From Paraphysomonas bandaiensis (lineage: Eukaryota; Protista; Chrysophyceae), in NCBI GenBank assembly GCA_965644295.1, contig CBFFRP010000399.1, forward strand, positions 151,531 through 215,530: 64,000 nt of DNA, in the 5' to 3' direction. Below the pieces are notes generated by a model that was not told where the DNA came from, ran no database searches, and was given only the letters and a program-made list of their open reading frames with translations. Below, piece by piece: positions 60,303 to 64,000 of this stretch. Every line of letters begins with the position of its first letter. Position 1 is the stretch's first letter. A program made the translations under genes and the position numbers.

Positions 60303-61681
60303 TTAGGCGGTGCTCAACCCAGCAGCAGCGAGTCTGTCTTCGAGTTCCTTGATCCTGGCCTGGGCAGTAGCCAGCTCTTGCTGCAACACAGCAGGGCTTT
60401 TGACAGCAGCAAACTCCTTGGGGGCAGCTATTTTCTGTCCTGAATGGGCAGGGTTGAGAGACATGAGCTTGGGCTCCTTCTTAGAACCCGCGAACCATTC
60501 ATCCGCAGTATGTGCAGGTTCAGGGGATGCAGTGTCAGGGTAGATGTCATCCTGGAAAGCCTCAGACTTTCGTGGCACGTGGAAACTGAGAGGCTCAACA
60601 GAGTTAGAGGTCAGTTTCAGTAAACGGGCTGTCTCGCAAGCCATAACGTTGAGGCCACGCTTGGGTACCCAAGCCATACCCTTTGCCGACACAGAGGAGC
60701 GGTGCTCGGCAATAGGAAAGCAGTAAGGGCTCTCGTCCACAACTTCGTAGTAGCGTACATTGCCATCACCTTTACCAGCGAGGTAGAGCAGCTGTGTATC
60801 CTCATCGAAGAAGGGCATGATGACACCCGCAGCCTGGTCTACATCCACTCTCTTGAGCTCCTTGGTGGTGTTTCGGGGGTCCCAAATCTTAAACTGACGT
60901 TGAGACTGACGGGTGAATCCAATGGTAACCAGCTTGTCCAAACGACCCAAGAAAGAGAGTTTTATGCTCTTTGCGCCCTCATGAGCCATTTCGATGGTGT
61001 TTACTACACTGGCACTTCTGGGATCCACCATACGAACGTTCTTGTCCTTGGAAGAGGTGGCGTACGTCTCTCCACAGTAGTCCCACACAATATCCTGAAT
61101 GAGCTGTGGGTGCACGTCGTTCAAGGAGTTCATCTCCGCACCCTTCTCAATGTCCCACAGCTTGACAGTCTGGTCAGAAGACACAGAGGCCAAAACATTG
61201 CTGGCAGTGGGATGGAAACGGAGGAGAGTAACCTTACGAGAGTGTCCATGGAGATCAACCAAAGGATCCACAAGGTTCGAGGTAAGGCCTCCTTCTGGAA
61301 TTCCCCACACTTTCACAGTCTGATCCTCTGAAGCCGAAGCAACTAATTGATCATGAAAAGGATTGAATTCAAAATCCAATACAGCTGCAGAGTGTCCAGC
61401 AACGATTGGCATTTCAGCCTCAAATCTTCCTGGATTAGCCAGTGGTACCACTGCAAAGGGTCCTCCTCCACCCTACAGTATGTATTACATGTATTCCACA
61501 ATAAAATATAATGTGATACTATATATACCTGTAGACCAACAGCAAAGTATAAGGGATTAGCTTTAATATAATTTTGTTCGCCAGTAACTGTTGAAAGACG
61601 AAAGTTTTGATATGTTGCATCTGGTCTTGCAGGATCACAAAAGACGTGTCTGAACTTAGAGGCTCTAACAAAGGAAGACAT
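60303..61681 (-). CDS. Coronin (WD40 actin-binding protein)
   Basis: MSSFVRASKFRHVFC, GHSAAVLDFEFNPFHD, GKGDGNVRYYE, VPRKSEAFQDDIYPDT, C-terminal coiled coil; one intron at about 61474-61528. Confidence 0.96.
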
Positions 61682-62209
61682 GGTTTGGTTTATACAGTTA
61701 ATGTACTATAACTATGTGCTGCTATTACTATCTTTGTTAATATTCCACTGTGGTAACTTATATATAGAGACATACATACATACATACATATCGCATCCTT
61801 ATTACAACAAAATCCTATATGCAATTAGGTCGTATCTTTAAGAGACGTTTTCATTTTGAGTTTTTTTGTGAGAGATGAGAATACAAGGTGTTTATGATAT
61901 GTGAAATTCTATATGTATATTTTCATACAATATTCGAGTATCTTTAAGAGACGTAGTTTTCATTCTTCATATGATATTGGGGGAATGTTCTGGTGCGTTC
62001 AGTGCCTAGACTACACTCTGTATACCATATACCATACTACGTACTGCTGTGTATGTATAGGAGATACTTCTAGAGTCCTGTACACATACATATATATATA
62101 TACATACTCTGCGTACATATATATATATATGATACAGTGATAGTGCGTCCATTACTATAATCAACATAGAAATTAATAGCATACACACTAATTCAACCAC
62201 AAAACCCTC

Positions 62210-63140
62210 ATGTCAACTAGTAAAACATATGAAGTAAGTGGTGAAACAACCGAATGGGATGATATACTTATCAGTAAAGGCATAACTACTAAAGAAGATG
62301 TGCTTCTAAGTAAAGGACTCAATCCTCTTGATGTATGTATATATCTCTTATAGAAACGAATAATATTTCAATATATTCTTTTTGTAGTTTGTAGAAAAAA
62401 AAGATGAAGAAGTAGAAGATGATATTGATTATAAATCCCATAGAATGGAACATGCTGATCTTAGTGAACTGGATGAACTAGAGGTTATTAAGTGGTTAAT
62501 GGGGCATTTATGTGATGTAATGGATGGATATTGAGTAGGATGAAGATCCAGATGATCGGGCAATACAAGAATACCGACAGAAGAGACTTGAGGAGCTGAA
62601 ACGCAGTAGAGCCCAGAATAGATTCGGTGATGTCTATGAGATTGCTAAGGACGATTGGGTTCGCGAAGTGACCGAATGCAGCAGATCTTGCTGGGTGGTT
62701 ACACTACTGTATAGTGATAGCGTACCAGAATGTGGGCTAGTTGAAGAGGCGATGATAACGTTGGCAAGAAAATTCATGCACGTCAAATTCGTTAAAATTC
62801 GATCGACATCTGCAATAGAAAACTGGCCTGATAGAAATCTGCCCACCATTTTTGTCTATAAGGACGGCGAGCTCCAACATCAAGTTATGACTCTTCGCTC
62901 TCTTGGAGGTTCCAGCACGTCACCTGATGGTAACATTCCGTTGTGATTATTTAGTGACAGGATTATAATAATATAATATATGCAGATTTGGAATGGTGGT
63001 TGGCGTCGAAGGATATCGTAGAGACAGAGTTAGAAGAGGACCCAAGGAATAATCGAACTACAGTAACAAGAGTTGAAACAAAACATTCGGCATTTTATCA
63101 TTCAGATGATGACATTGACGACGATGATGATGATATGTAG
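62210..63140 (+). CDS. Phosducin-like protein, PhLP2/PDCL3 type (CCT co-chaperone)
   Basis: ETTEWDDILISKGI, LDELE, EYRQKRLEELK, FGDVYEIAKDDWVREVT, LARKFMHVKFVKI...IENWPDRNLPTIFVYKDG; three introns; acidic tail ending in TAG at 63140. Confidence 0.9.
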
Positions 63141-63531
63141 GATCTCTGTTGCTGGGTAGTGTATGGTTTTATTATTCGTTAGTTACCTTGCTATCTTAAC
63201 TGAGATAATTATAAGTTTTACAGTTGAAAAATTAATTCTATGTGATGTGGATGGCGTGAACCTGAGTTCATTTTGATTATGAGTTTACAGCATGACAGCA
63301 GACTGATGTCATGCTAATATAGAGTATGCTTAATTCAATGGAACCATCGGAATATGTGTAGGTTGTAGAAAAGTGAGGACTATATTGCAAAAGATAATAA
63401 GAACGGAACAACACATCAAGTAAGAGAATTAGAGGCCGATTGAAACCTAGTTACGAGTATACCTCGTGATTGATGATCCCCTCGCGCATTGTACCTTACA
63501 CAATAATTAGTACACAATACACAATCTAACC

Positions 63532-64000
63532 ATGTCTGCGTATTTTACCCCGACCATCATCAACACTGTGAACAGGATCGCAGACCATGATAGGTCTCGT
63601 CATAGCAATGACCCCGTGACGACGTACGAGGATCATCCCAATCCTCCTGACTGGAGCCGTGATGACGACGACGCACCAGAGCTAGTGTCAGATGACGAGT
63701 CGGACGACGATGAGGATACCGTGCCGAGTCAGTCTACAGATCACAGTCCCCCAGTACTCGTGCCCGAGGATGACCAGGTAGCAGGCCCAGACCAGCAGGA
63801 CGAGGCACGCGAGCGGCGATCTGAACCTACTCGTGATCATAGCCGTGACAGGGATGAGGACCCTACAGCCTCTTGCAGTAATCCCCGTCAGACGAAATGT
63901 TTGCATTCAACTTATCAGTTCGTGAAGCACTAAGAGCTCATCCAGGGATAGCAGAGACGCCAGTCAGGGAGATGGACCAACTTCTTCCAAGGAAAGCGTG
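63532..64000 (+). mobile_element. Probable degenerate Copia-like fragment running off the right edge
   Basis: An acidic linker-like ORF (PELVSDDESDDDED) is followed in another frame from about 63897 by FAFNLSVREALRAHPGIAETPVREMDQLLPRKA, which resembles the pre-RT motif of Copia pol. No LTR confirmed. Confidence 0.4.

Noticed and set aside
1-64000. CRISPR arrays, tRNA/rRNA genes, alternative genetic code or stop readthrough
   Set aside because: No repeat-spacer array or tRNA/rRNA signature seen by eye. ORF breaks in host genes are explained by short spliceosomal introns under the standard code.

Overview
Gene-dense eukaryotic genomic DNA in the standard genetic code, with many short (mostly about 45-65 bp) GT-AG introns. 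Gene content and style suggest a stramenopile-like protist, but that is inference. About 16 host genes are recognisable, mostly in head-to-head pairs: an ankyrin protein, Rab escort protein, a J-domain/ANK/UBA/PAM2 protein, a mitochondrial oxoglutarate/malate-type carrier, a Tudor-like/winged-helix protein, an alpha/beta hydrolase, a GDP-sugar transporter, DPH2, RPN12, a C10 homolog, a giant C2/WW/LRR protein, a TPR protein, coronin and a phosducin-like protein. Repeats and mobile elements include an intact, very young Copia LTR retrotransposon with non-canonical TA...TA ends, a decayed RNase H-bearing LINE-like remnant, a second Copia fragment at the right edge, long (CATA)n microsatellites and a hairpin-rich dispersed repeat. 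The most notable system is a pair of inverted paralogous genes of about 2,100 aa each. They fuse a large repeated BPI/LBP(TULIP)-like ectodomain to a two-half PqiA/LetA-like membrane domain, a possible single-chain eukaryotic lipid-transport machine. The two copies share a roughly 3.5 kb near-identical, indel-free core, while their N-terminal tips and membrane domains are divergent.
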